Below, one piece after another: positions 19,851-28,905 of a stretch of 64,000 nt of DNA. Position 1 is the first letter of the stretch, and every line of letters begins with the position of its first letter. The stretch covers positions 2,681,078 to 2,745,077 of the forward strand of contig OY764960.1 of NCBI GenBank assembly GCA_963668715.1. The letters are read 5' to 3'. A model generated the notes under the pieces. That model had not been told where the DNA came from and did no database searches. It worked only from the letters and a program-made list of their open reading frames with translations. The DNA comes from Bacteroidales bacterium. Its GTDB lineage: Bacteria > Bacteroidota > Bacteroidia > Bacteroidales > VadinHA17. Both the position numbers and the translations under genes were made by a program.

Positions 19851-20353
19851 ATCTCTACCTCATTTCTATTTGTATTATGCCAGCATACAAGTCTTTCACC
19901 GAAAAGAACCATCGTAAAAATAACATTTTATCGTAAAATCCATATCGTAAAAATAATACTTTTATGTAAAAGTACTATCATAAAAGTACTATTTTGTAAT
20001 AACGGCAACTTTGCATTATCAATACACAAGGGAATAAAATAGAAACAACACAGCGGCATAAAATAGTAAGAGTGCAAAATATTATCGAACAAAATTCAGT
20101 GATATGGTTGCAAATAGAACCTCATATACTTATACTTTCCAGAGATGAAACAAGTCGTACTGTTCATAGAATTTTTTGCTCTGCACCTTATTACACGCAT
20201 ATACATTTTAAAAAATCAAAGGCAATAATGTATAGTTTATTCACTTTTTCAAAGGCAATTTAAAATTCATCCTTAAATCTGCACCGGCTAAACAGTTTAT
20301 TTACCTTTAATATGCAATACAAATCCTTGTATTGTGTGTTTGGGATTAACATG

Positions 20354-20380
20354 AAAGAGCAGTTGTTGAACTGCTCTTTT
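20354..20380. terminator. Bidirectional hairpin terminator
   Basis: AAAGAGCAGTT-GTTG-AACTGCTCTTT. Confidence 0.6.
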
Positions 20381-20444
20381 CTTATAAATTTCAGCAAATT
20401 GACTCTAAGATAAATATCTTAACCTTAATGAATTAGATAATATT

Positions 20445-20690
20445 TTACATTATTCCTTCATCCGCCATGGAAACATAAGATTCACAAGTAAAAATAATAT
20501 GGTACAGCACCGGCAGTTCAAGTAATTTCCCAATTTCAACTATTTTCTTTGTCAGTTTCTTATCAGCATCACTTGCTATCAAGTTTCCTGATGGGTGGTT
20601 GTGCATTAAAATTAACGATGATGCATTACTCTTTAATGCAGTTTGAAAAATCAACTTTGCATCAACTACTACCCCTGATAAACCTCCCGG
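20445..20690 (-). pseudogene. RadC/JAB domain C-terminal fragment
   Basis: SGGLSGVVVDAKLIF...LMHNHPSGNL; the usual VLDH reads VLYH; N-terminus is missing. Confidence 0.8.
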
Positions 20691-20738
20691 ATGATTTGCC
20701 TTTTGTATTAGAAACAGAAAATAAAGCTTTTCATTTTT

Positions 20739-21453
20739 TTAAAGACCTTCCGGTTTCTGAAAAAAAAGGATTATAAGCTTGTTTATGATTTCAGGGTAAA
20801 AAATACAGCCGGGATTTTTAAACGATATAAATTTTTTGAGAGTGAAAATTTCAGGTGGTGCCGGTTTGTCCGGTTTGTTTGTAATCATTGATGATTTAAT
20901 AATCATTACTGATATATATTCAGTTGGGTCAACCACGAAAAAATTGAAATCGGGCGTTGAAAAGTTCCCCGTACCTACCTGGCTTTTAGCAGCCGTATCA
21001 CTCATATCTTTTCCATCAGAAATACCCCTGATTTTCATCAGAAAATGCACAACAGGAATGTCTTGTACTCCTGTAACCTGCAAGGTTTGTTTTACTTTTT
21101 CGGGCGATGCTTTTATCCATACTTCATAAAATTCGTTAAAAGAATAATCGGGCAATAAATCATCTATTTTTTGTTCATTTTGCGAGTGATGTTCTTTTAC
21201 AGGCCAAAAAAGTGATATAAAAGAAATTGCTGAGCCACTAAGTAAAACAAAAGCCCCAATAGTGCTATTAAATACAAACAAAAAAGCCAACGGTTGAACG
21301 AGTGAAATCAATCCGACAACCATAAGGATTACCTCTATCCAGAAAAAATAGGACGGAGCATAAAAGTGTGCATAATGTGTCAGGCGAAACATAATCATCA
21401 ATGCAATTATTATGCAAGCCAACCCGGTATTAATAATTGAATGTCCATAAATT
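20739..21453 (-). pseudogene. Membrane protein fragment interrupted by IS21
   Basis: Hydrophobic segments; the ORF-track N-terminus is read from the IS end; the frame continues a short way beyond the far IS end (24128 onward). Confidence 0.55.
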
Positions 21454-21585
21454 TGCATATTCCTGCGATTTCGGACACTAAATCCCGCTGAAAGCGGACA
21501 GTTGTTCCCGTTCAAAACGGACACCTGATCCCGACGAAAACGGACACTTTTCACATCGTTCATTTTCGTTTATTATTTTCTAAAA

Positions 21586-22320
21586 TTAATCATTTTTATA
21601 TTTCTCTCTTAACGAGTCTCCATCGAGCTCTATTCTATGAGAACTATGCACTAATCTATCAAGGATCGCGTCAGCGATCGTAGGTTCTCCAATAACATCA
21701 TACCAGCTTTTAACCGGAAGCTGTGATGTAATTATCGTTGACCTTTTACCATGCCGGTCTTCGAGTAACTCAAGCAAGAACAGCCTCTGGTTGTTATCTA
21801 ATGGTTTAAGCCCGAAGTCATCAAGGATCAACAGGTCCAGTTTCTCTATCCTGTTTATTTCGCTTATATAACTGCCATCTGCCTTAGCCATTTTTAGTTG
21901 ATCGAACAGTTTTGAGCAGTTACGGTAATATACTTTATATCCCTGCTGACAGGCCTGATGACCCAAAGCAGAAGCCAAAAAGCTTTTACCCAGTCCTGTG
22001 TATCCGGATATGATGATGCTTTGTTTTCTTTTGATCCATTCACAGGACGATAAACGCAGCATCTGTACTTTATCCAGTTTTCTTTTAGCGATGTAATCTA
22101 TTTGTTCCATGCTCGCCTGGTAGCGGAACCTGGCGTTTTTTATTAGTCGATCCAGTCGTCGATTATATCGATCATCCCATTCTGCCTGGACAAGATGAGC
22201 AATAACTTCATCTATGGTAAAATCTTTACTCATTCCTGATTCCTGCATTTTCCGATAGACTCTTGAGAACCCGCTCAGTCGCATCTCCTCAAGTTTCTGC
22301 ATTGTTGCTGTTTGATTCAT
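21586..22320 (-). CDS. istB: IS21 helper ATPase IstB
   Basis: GYTGLGKSFLA, LLILDDFGL, STIITSQLP, ADAILDRL. Confidence 0.95.
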   Translation of the reverse strand: MNQTATMQKLEEMRLSGFSRVYRKMQESGMSKDFTIDEVIAHLVQAEWDDRYNRRLDRLIKNARFRYQASMEQIDYIAKRKLDKVQMLRLSSCEWIKRKQSIIISGYTGLGKSFLASALGHQACQQGYKVYYRNCSKLFDQLKMAKADGSYISEINRIEKLDLLILDDFGLKPLDNNQRLFLLELLEDRHGKRSTIITSQLPVKSWYDVIGEPTIADAILDRLVHSSHRIELDGDSLREKYKND

Positions 22321-22341
22321 AATTTTCTGCTATTAAATTTA

Positions 22342-23889
22342 TTATTTGTAATTCTCTTTTCCTCGTATGTTATGATGAAAAGGAAGTTTTATTTCTATTT
22401 GGTTTTCCTGTTCTGTTTTGTGAGTGTTATTTTTCAGGCAGTTCTTGATAAACTTGAATGAGATACAGTTGTACTCAACAGCCCTGCTGCATACTATTTC
22501 CAGATCTTCCGGTTTATACCCTTTACTTAGGTTCAATACTCCCATGCAAGATTTAAATGCTTGCTGAGGATGTTCTTTGCTGTCCAACAGGAGTCCTATA
22601 AAAATCTCTACGGAACCGCCCATCTTTTTGGCCCATTTTACAAAACGATCTGTATTCCAACCATCAACAAACTGATGTTCTGCAGGCATATGACCTTTCT
22701 CTGTTGTATAACCATAAGGCCTGCGGTCTCTTTTATGAAGCGCGATACGAACACTATCCTTGTATATCTCAACATTCCTGTTCGTGTAAATGGTTTTGAC
22801 CTTCTGTCCGGTATATTGATAGGGCACGCTGTAATAATGCTTGTCCTCTCTTAGGTAAACATGGTGGTGAAATTCAACTTTAGACACCTGGTAACGACGG
22901 ATCTCATATCGCTCTTTGGGTAGTGGTCGCAATTCATTCTTTTCTATTTCATTAAATAACTCTCTTCGACTAATATCCCGGCGCTGGAACGGAGCGTTAT
23001 TTATCTCTTCAAGCTCTTCCCGGATAGCTTCATTTAACTCTCCCAGGGAAAAGAACGTCTGGTTTCTTAGCTTAGCAAAAATGCGTTGATAGACAATGCG
23101 TACCGCATTTTCAACCAAAGATTTATCCTTTGGTTTTAAAGGACGGGTAGGAAGAACAACTGTACCATAATGCCGGGCAAGATCATCATAAGTCTCATTT
23201 AATAAGGGTTCATAATTACATGCCTTGTGAACAGCTGACTTCAAATTATCCGGGCATATCCCCCGGGTGACACCTCCATAATAACGCCAGGCATTCTCAT
23301 TGGCCCAGATCCAGTCTTCAAGCTTCTGACTTTTTACTCCTTCCACATAAATCAACTGACTGGCACCAAGTATCGTAATAAATATTTCTGCCGGTTTGAC
23401 CTCTCCTGTATCCGGATCAACATAATGCATCTTTTTGCCTGTAAAATCTGCATATGTCAGATCTCCGGCTTTGTGCTCTATATGCATTCCCGCTTTCAGC
23501 TTGCTCTCCCACATGCGATAATGATGACAGAACCTGGAGTAACTAAACCCTTCAGGGTTACCTTCCTTGTATTCCTCCCAAAGCAAATAGAGCGTTACGC
23601 CAACCCGGGCAAGCTCTTTTTCATAATAAGGGAATTCATTGGATAATTCTTCATAAAGCGGATTGACTATCTTATTTCGCTTTTCAAAGACTTCTGTAAG
23701 TTCTATGTCGTTCATTTCCAAAACATCCTGGTAGGTTAACCCGGAACGCTTATATTCTGCCAGGTACTCCCCAACACTGGTTTTGCTGACCTGGGTGGCC
23801 TCTGCAATCTGCCGGATGCTAAATCGTAATTCCTGACTAAGTCGTAATATCTCTCTTATCTTTTCCACGTTGGTCCTTTTTCTTGGCAT
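22342..23889 (-). CDS. istA: IS21 DDE transposase IstA
   Basis: N-terminal HTH, HKAGDLTYADFTG, CPDNLKSAV, PKDKSLVENAV, YYSVPY. Start placed at ATG 23889. Confidence 0.93.
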   Translation of the reverse strand: MPRKRTNVEKIREILRLSQELRFSIRQIAEATQVSKTSVGEYLAEYKRSGLTYQDVLEMNDIELTEVFEKRNKIVNPLYEELSNEFPYYEKELARVGVTLYLLWEEYKEGNPEGFSYSRFCHHYRMWESKLKAGMHIEHKAGDLTYADFTGKKMHYVDPDTGEVKPAEIFITILGASQLIYVEGVKSQKLEDWIWANENAWRYYGGVTRGICPDNLKSAVHKACNYEPLLNETYDDLARHYGTVVLPTRPLKPKDKSLVENAVRIVYQRIFAKLRNQTFFSLGELNEAIREELEEINNAPFQRRDISRRELFNEIEKNELRPLPKERYEIRRYQVSKVEFHHHVYLREDKHYYSVPYQYTGQKVKTIYTNRNVEIYKDSVRIALHKRDRRPYGYTTEKGHMPAEHQFVDGWNTDRFVKWAKKMGGSVEIFIGLLLDSKEHPQQAFKSCMGVLNLSKGYKPEDLEIVCSRAVEYNCISFKFIKNCLKNNTHKTEQENQIEIKLPFHHNIRGKENYK

Positions 23890-24345
23890 CTGTATTCTCT
23901 TGTTGGTTAATAAAGCCAACAGAGATACCGATATCCCGTGGAAAATGAATGATGTGTATGAAAGTGTCCGTTTTCAGCAAGAATCACCGTCCGCTTTCAA
24001 AAGGGGCGGCTGTCCGCTTTCCGCAGGAATCCGTGTCCGTTTTCAACAAGAATTGCTGTCCGCTTTCCGCAGGAATCCGTGTCCGCTTTCCGCAAGAATG
24101 AGTGTCCGTTTTGCGCGAGAATATGCATAAATTTGGTATTTATATTTGTAAAGTTTTATGCTTATAATAATAGTTAGTTATAGTAGTCTTTGAAATGCAA
24201 ATTACCGCCTTGCTTTAAAGTTATAATATTCATCTTCAATGAGTTTTTATTAATTAAATCCAACTAACACAGAGGAAATTATCAATTAAGTTCATTTTGT
24301 ACTGAACTTATCATACCTTTGTGCAAAGGTAAAATTTTCCAGATT

Positions 24346-24807
24346 ATGATGAATGAATATATTGAAACTGTAGGATTGTTTTATGAACGTTTCGGATTAT
24401 CAAGAATGTCAGGACGGATTCTTGGCTATCTTATGTCATCTCCCGAAGAATCAGTAAGCTTTGAGGATATAAGGGCACGGTTGCATGCAAGTAAAGGTTC
24501 TATTAGCGGCAATATTAACTTTCTTCTTGCCCAGAAAATTATAAATCGTACGATGAAACCAGGAGACCGTAAAACGTATTATTGCTTTTCTGCCAAATCG
24601 GTTTACCATGTGTTTGACCAAAAAGTACAATCAATAACTGAAATGAAAAAACTGCTGATACGTGCGAACGAAATTAACAATAACCCTTTACTTGATAAAC
24701 ATAAACAGATTTGTGAGACTATTGACTTTTATAATTTCCTGGAAAGTGAACTTCCAAAGCTAAAAGAAAAGTGGGAACATCAAAAAAAACACGAAAATGA
24801 AAAATAA
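24346..24807 (+). CDS. GbsR/MarR family transcriptional regulator
   Basis: GLSRMSGRILGYL, ASKGSISG, PGDRKTYY. Confidence 0.85.
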   Translation: MMNEYIETVGLFYERFGLSRMSGRILGYLMSSPEESVSFEDIRARLHASKGSISGNINFLLAQKIINRTMKPGDRKTYYCFSAKSVYHVFDQKVQSITEMKKLLIRANEINNNPLLDKHKQICETIDFYNFLESELPKLKEKWEHQKKHENEK

Positions 24808-25762
24808 ACTAAAAGTTGCTGCAATACAGGTAAATCAAAATATTGCCAATCGGGATAATTTGTTCTTACATACCGAAAACTTGATAAAAGAGGCAGTTGG
24901 TAAAAGTGTTGAATTGATTGTACTTCCTGAACTATTTTCAACCGGTTATATTCCAAATTATGATTTATGGGAGAAAATGCTGACAGAAGGTAAAAGTAGC
25001 TTGAAATGGATTGAAGGCATATCAAAAAAGTATGGAATATATATTGGTATGGGGCACGTGGAAATAATCGACGGGGAGGTTCTTAATACGTATGTTTTAT
25101 CAAATCCTCAAGGTGAAATAGAAGGACGTGGTATCAAAGAAAATAGTGAAGCTTATATTTTCAAAAGAGGAAATGGGAATCATTTGATTCATTCCGGTTT
25201 GGGTTTGATCAGTGTAGGTATTTGTGCCGATAATCATTTCTGTAACATCATAATTCAAATTCGGGATGAAAAACCTGTTTTACACCTGATGCCTCATGCA
25301 TGGTCAACACCTATGGAGACAAATAAAACGAAAAAAAATTCTGACTTTAAAAAAATAAAAAAAGATATTAATGAGTTTCCTGTTACCATTACAAAAGCCA
25401 TGGGAGTACCAGCTGTCTTTGTTAATCAACTGGGCGAGATGTCTCAAATGAAAGGGATACTTGGCAGACTAATGTCGCCAAAAAAATTCAAACTTCAAGG
25501 GCATTCTAAAATCATTGACAGTAATGGCAATATTCTTGCATCTATTAATGATGAAGAGGGATACATTATCGCTGAAGTGGAGTTAAAAACGGCTACACAA
25601 AAAAACGAAATCCCAAACTACAATGGTTGGACGCATGATGGTTCTAAACTACTTCGTAAAATCATTATTCCATTGGATTTATATTTTGGTAAAAGAAAAT
25701 ATGAAAGAAAAATGAGAATATTGAGAAAAGATATAAATGAACAATCTGTTAAACAAATATAA
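24797..25762 (+). CDS. Carbon-nitrogen hydrolase (nitrilase superfamily)
   Basis: LIVLPELFSTGY, K(E), GICAD: Glu-Lys-Cys triad. Confidence 0.85.
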   Translation: MKNKLKVAAIQVNQNIANRDNLFLHTENLIKEAVGKSVELIVLPELFSTGYIPNYDLWEKMLTEGKSSLKWIEGISKKYGIYIGMGHVEIIDGEVLNTYVLSNPQGEIEGRGIKENSEAYIFKRGNGNHLIHSGLGLISVGICADNHFCNIIIQIRDEKPVLHLMPHAWSTPMETNKTKKNSDFKKIKKDINEFPVTITKAMGVPAVFVNQLGEMSQMKGILGRLMSPKKFKLQGHSKIIDSNGNILASINDEEGYIIAEVELKTATQKNEIPNYNGWTHDGSKLLRKIIIPLDLYFGKRKYERKMRILRKDINEQSVKQI

Positions 25763-26202
25763 GATCACTGTAACAAACTAAATTAGAATGAACTTTTTGC
25801 CTCTGAGCAATGCAGTTATCCTGTTTCCAGTAGTGCTTTGAGTTCTGATAATCCTTCTAATCTTCCTTAAGTCGAGCTCTCTGTCCTTACTAAATTCTTT
25901 TTCTAAATCAAGGGTGTCTTTATGAAGACTTCTGATCGAATCACTCAATGCAATTAATGCAAGTAAAATTGCTAAACTTGAGCCTATCAAGAATTCTTCC
26001 ATCCTAGATTGAAAATTGTTTGTAAGCTTTGACCATCATATAGATTCGATTGACTTAATCAAATTTAAACAAATAATTTATTATAAGTCAAATATTTTTT
26101 TCTGCACTGTATGTGATTTACATACTGGTATTTACATTTATCACAATCAATTTATCCATAAACTTGTATTTCATATTCCTTCAATATTCTTAAAGAGTTC
26201 TA

Positions 26203-27398
26203 GTGTCATGTCAATGATTAAAAGTCGGATAAAGACGCTTAAGCTTTATCCTGGCATCGCCTGAATCAAATCTCCAGTTGATTGTAGCATTCATATTGTT
26301 GCGGGCTTCTTGCCAGGCACTTGCTTGTTCTGCAACCTCAGCAATAGTTGCAATTCTTCTATCCAGGCATTGCCCCATTAGGACATTTAATTCAATTTCA
26401 GCCATATTCAACCAACTTCCATGTTTAGGAGTATAAACAAACTCAAACCTGTCCCATAACTTTTTAGCCTCATTTGGCTCGAAAGTTTCGTATAACGAAC
26501 CAGGTTTATGTGTGCCAAGATTATCCATTACCAAGGTGATTTTTTCGGCATTTTCATAGAGTTGTGCAATTTCAGATAAATATTTAGCCCAATCCTTTTT
26601 TGTTTTTGTCTCTGTAATCTTAACATAGCGACAGCCTCTAAGTGGCTCATTGGCCATGAAGATATTGCATACGCCATTCCTGCAATATTCGTAATCGTAT
26701 TTTTTTTCATATCCTGGCTTCATATTTATTGGCTGTTTTATTTCCCCAATAAGTTGCTTCGGTGATTCGTCCATGCAAACAACTGGGAACTTTGGGTCAT
26801 ATGGCCTTTTGTACACCTCAAGTACCTTTTCCATATTTGCCACAAAATCACCATTTTGCAGGGGAGGAATTACCCACCCCTTTTTCTTCCACGGCTTTAA
26901 CTCGTTTTTTTAAAACTCTTCGCACTGTTTCATGTGATATTTTACTTATGTATTCAAGCTCAACAACTTTATCTGCCAACATCCTTAATGACCAACGGGC
27001 AAACCCTTTGGGTGGTTCACTGCAACTCAGGGCAATTAAATGAGCTTCCAACTCGCCGTCTACTTTTTTATTATATACCCTTTCTCCTTTATGACCTTCC
27101 AAGGCAATTTCCAATCCTTCTTCCACAAAACGCTTTTTGACCCTATCTATTTTTTTCATGCTTGTTTTAAGAACTCCGCATATGGCCTCGTTTGTAGATT
27201 TCCCGGATTGGTGCCTTCCCTCATCACAGTTTAATAATATTAATGCATTCAGCACCTTTTGTGATTTGTGTGAGCCTTTTGAGGCTATGCCTGATAGTGT
27301 CTCTCGTTCTTCTTTTGTTAAGGTTACTATATACTTTTTCATAGCAATTTTTTGCTAAGTTACAAAATATATACGACATTATAAAGTTGACATGACAC
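26203..27398 (-). mobile_element. Complete IS630-family element
   Basis: Perfect 12-bp inverted repeats GTGTCATGTCAA/TTGACATGACAC, TA duplication within a CTAG target. Confidence 0.92.
26211..27342 (-). CDS. IS630 transposase in two frames joined by a probable -1 programmed frameshift
   Basis: ORF A is an HTH (RWSLRMLA); slippery A7C at 26904-26911 leads into NELKPW...; ORF B has VCMDE, LVMDNL, TPKHGSWLNMAE. Confidence 0.88.
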
Positions 27399-27576
27399 TA
27401 GTTGCATTTTGATTATGCAATGAATTGGGTTCTCTGGTTTCATGAAACTTCATAAGTTTGTATGAGTTTTCAACGTCAACAAAGCTTAGAAGATAATAAC
27501 TTGTGGGGAATATGTGGGGAAAAATTGACAATAAAAAAAGCCAATCAATTGATTATTAACTGACTGGCTCTCAGAC

Positions 27577-27654
27577 TGGTCGGGGTAGTAGGATTCGAAC
27601 CTACGACCCCCTGCTCCCAAAGCAGGTGCGCTAACCGGACTGCGCTATACCCCG
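27577..27654 (-). tRNA. tRNA-Pro(TGG) with encoded CCA
   Basis: CGGGGTA acceptor stem, anticodon arm CCTGC-TT-TGG-GA-GCAGG, T-arm GTTCGAATC, ACCA end. Confidence 0.97.
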
Positions 27655-27903
27655 AAAATTATTCTCCTGTGCAAATCTAATAACTCTTTCCCTATTTTTT
27701 AACTTCTTTAAAAGTTGCTCAGTTTTAAAAGCTTCCCCTCTTGTCTCATAAGCCTTCCAGTATTTCAAAGTCCATGGTCTCCATGATCTGGTGGAAGTTA
27801 CTCTCCCTGCATTATGTCTTTTTACCCTGTTCTCCAGATCGCTGGTCTGGCCTATATAGTGCCTGTTATCTTTATCTGATTCAAGTATATATACGTAAAA
27901 CAT
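27631..27903 (-). CDS. GIY-YIG nuclease (UPF0213/YhbQ-like), copy 1; 3' end overlaps tRNA-Pro
   Basis: YVYIL...YIGQTSDLENRVKRHN...A..E..LK; last codons RGIAQSG* are tRNA nt 1-24. Confidence 0.88.
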   Translation of the reverse strand: MFYVYILESDKDNRHYIGQTSDLENRVKRHNAGRVTSTRSWRPWTLKYWKAYETRGEAFKTEQLLKKLKNRERVIRFAQENNFRGIAQSG

Positions 27904-27921
27904 ATTCTTAAACCTGGTGCG

Positions 27922-28287
27922 CTAATCCCGAAAAACACATTCCGCCGTAAGGCGGATTGATGTTTTTCGAGGATCCTCGAAAATCAGATTTCGCTTTGCG
28001 AAAGCTGATTTATCGGGACCGGACTGCGCTATACCCCGAAAATTATTCTCCTGTGCAAATCTAATAACTCTTTCCCTATTTTTAAACTTCTTTAAAAGTT
28101 GCTCAGTTTTAAAAGCTTCCCCTCTTGTCTCATAAGCCTTCCAGTATTTCAAAGTCCATGGTCTCCATGATCTGGTGGAAGTTACTCTCCCTGCATTATG
28201 TTTTTTTACCCTGTTCTCCAGATCGCTGGTCTGGCCTATATAGTGCCTGTTATCTTTATCTGATTCAAGTATATATACGTAAAACAT
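27922..28287 (-). CDS. GIY-YIG nuclease copy 2, C-terminally extended through the palindrome
   Basis: Two amino-acid differences from copy 1; the stop is displaced by the 93-bp insertion. Confidence 0.82.
   Translation of the reverse strand: MFYVYILESDKDNRHYIGQTSDLENRVKKHNAGRVTSTRSWRPWTLKYWKAYETRGEAFKTEQLLKKFKNRERVIRFAQENNFRGIAQSGPDKSAFAKRNLIFEDPRKTSIRLTAECVFRD
27926..28018. repeat. 93-bp multi-hairpin palindromic element, copy 1
   Basis: TCCCGA...TCGAGGATCCTCGA...TCGGGA; removing it restores tRNA nt 1-30. Confidence 0.9.
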
Positions 28288-28309
28288 ATTCTTAAACCTG
28301 GTACGCTAA

Positions 28310-28402
28310 TCCCGAAAAACACATTCCGCCGTAAGGCGGATTGATGTTTTTCGAGGATCCTCGAAAATCAGATTTCGCTTTGCGAAAGCTGATTTATCGG
28401 GA
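28310..28402. repeat. 93-bp multi-hairpin palindromic element, copy 2
   Basis: Identical to 27926-28018. Confidence 0.9.
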
Positions 28403-28426
28403 CCGGACTGCGCTATACCCCGCTCT

Positions 28427-28454
28427 GCCCACCGTAGCTTTAGCGAAGGTGGGC
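28427..28454. repeat. REP-like hairpin GCCCACC-GTAGCTTTAGCGAA-GGTGGGC
   Basis: 7-bp GC stem lying 4 nt upstream of the first tRNA fragment. Confidence 0.65.
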
Positions 28455-28519
28455 TCTCTCCAGCAACTTTCTGTATGGACAAACCATTAATCAGCTTCTG
28501 TTAGAGCCTTTAGACGCTG

Positions 28520-28549
28520 CAAAAATATAAAACCATTTTGGTTTTGCAA
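28520..28549 (-). promoter_or_regulatory. Bacteroidota sigma-70-type promoter of the tRNA-Pro locus
   Basis: Minus strand TTG-N19-TATTTTTG matches -33 (T)TTG / -7 TAnnTTTG. Confidence 0.65.
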
Positions 28550-28905
28550 TGTGTAACCAATAATAATGCAAAACAGCAGTGTAATCTGATGACAGGATAA
28601 CCCGGCTAAACAGACCCGGCAGACTTGCAGAATATTATTTACGGAAGTATAATGCCTGTAATATATTTTTCTGATCTTATTATGCTGGTATAAATACTTA
28701 TTTCTTGAATATCTTGAGATTCCGTAATGATTTTATTTTGAATATAATATAGCATTTAGTATAAGTGTTATATAACATATTTTATTTTCTGAAATTCGTC
28801 TCGGTTTTTCTTAAATTGTAATAAGAATCCAATTTTGTTTGAGAGGTTAATCTATTGTTAGACAAATGATTTTCGTCAAAGTTACTTGCCTGAAGCCTTA
28901 AGAAA

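Larger units (their letters stand above)
21454..24127 (-). mobile_element. Complete IS21-family element
   Basis: TG...CA ends with inverted repeats TGCATATTC...CGGACAC, 6-bp target duplication TAAATT (21448-21453, 24128-24133), multiple internal (T)GTCCG(C/T)TTT repeats, istA + istB. Confidence 0.92.
18461..27594. mobile_element. Degenerate genomic island integrated at tRNA-Pro 3' end
   Basis: 16-bp direct repeats at both ends, AT-rich cargo, radC fragment, AAA ATPase, two IS elements; no integrase seen. Confidence 0.7.
27634..28422. repeat. 384-bp tandem repeat (2 units + 21 bp)
   Basis: ACCGGACTGCGCTATACCCCG at 27634, 28018 and 28402; three substitutions seen between units. Confidence 0.95.

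Noticed and set aside
23965-24112. Regularly spaced GTCCG(C/T)TTT repeats as a CRISPR or iteron array
   Set aside because: They lie inside the IS21 end and mirror CGGACA repeats at the other end, a normal IS21 feature.
27634-28422. CRISPR array or group I intron interpretation of the repeats at tRNA-Pro
   Set aside because: The inter-repeat sequences are near-identical coding DNA, not unique spacers; there are no cas genes and no intron core; the downstream tRNA is complete rather than a 3' exon.
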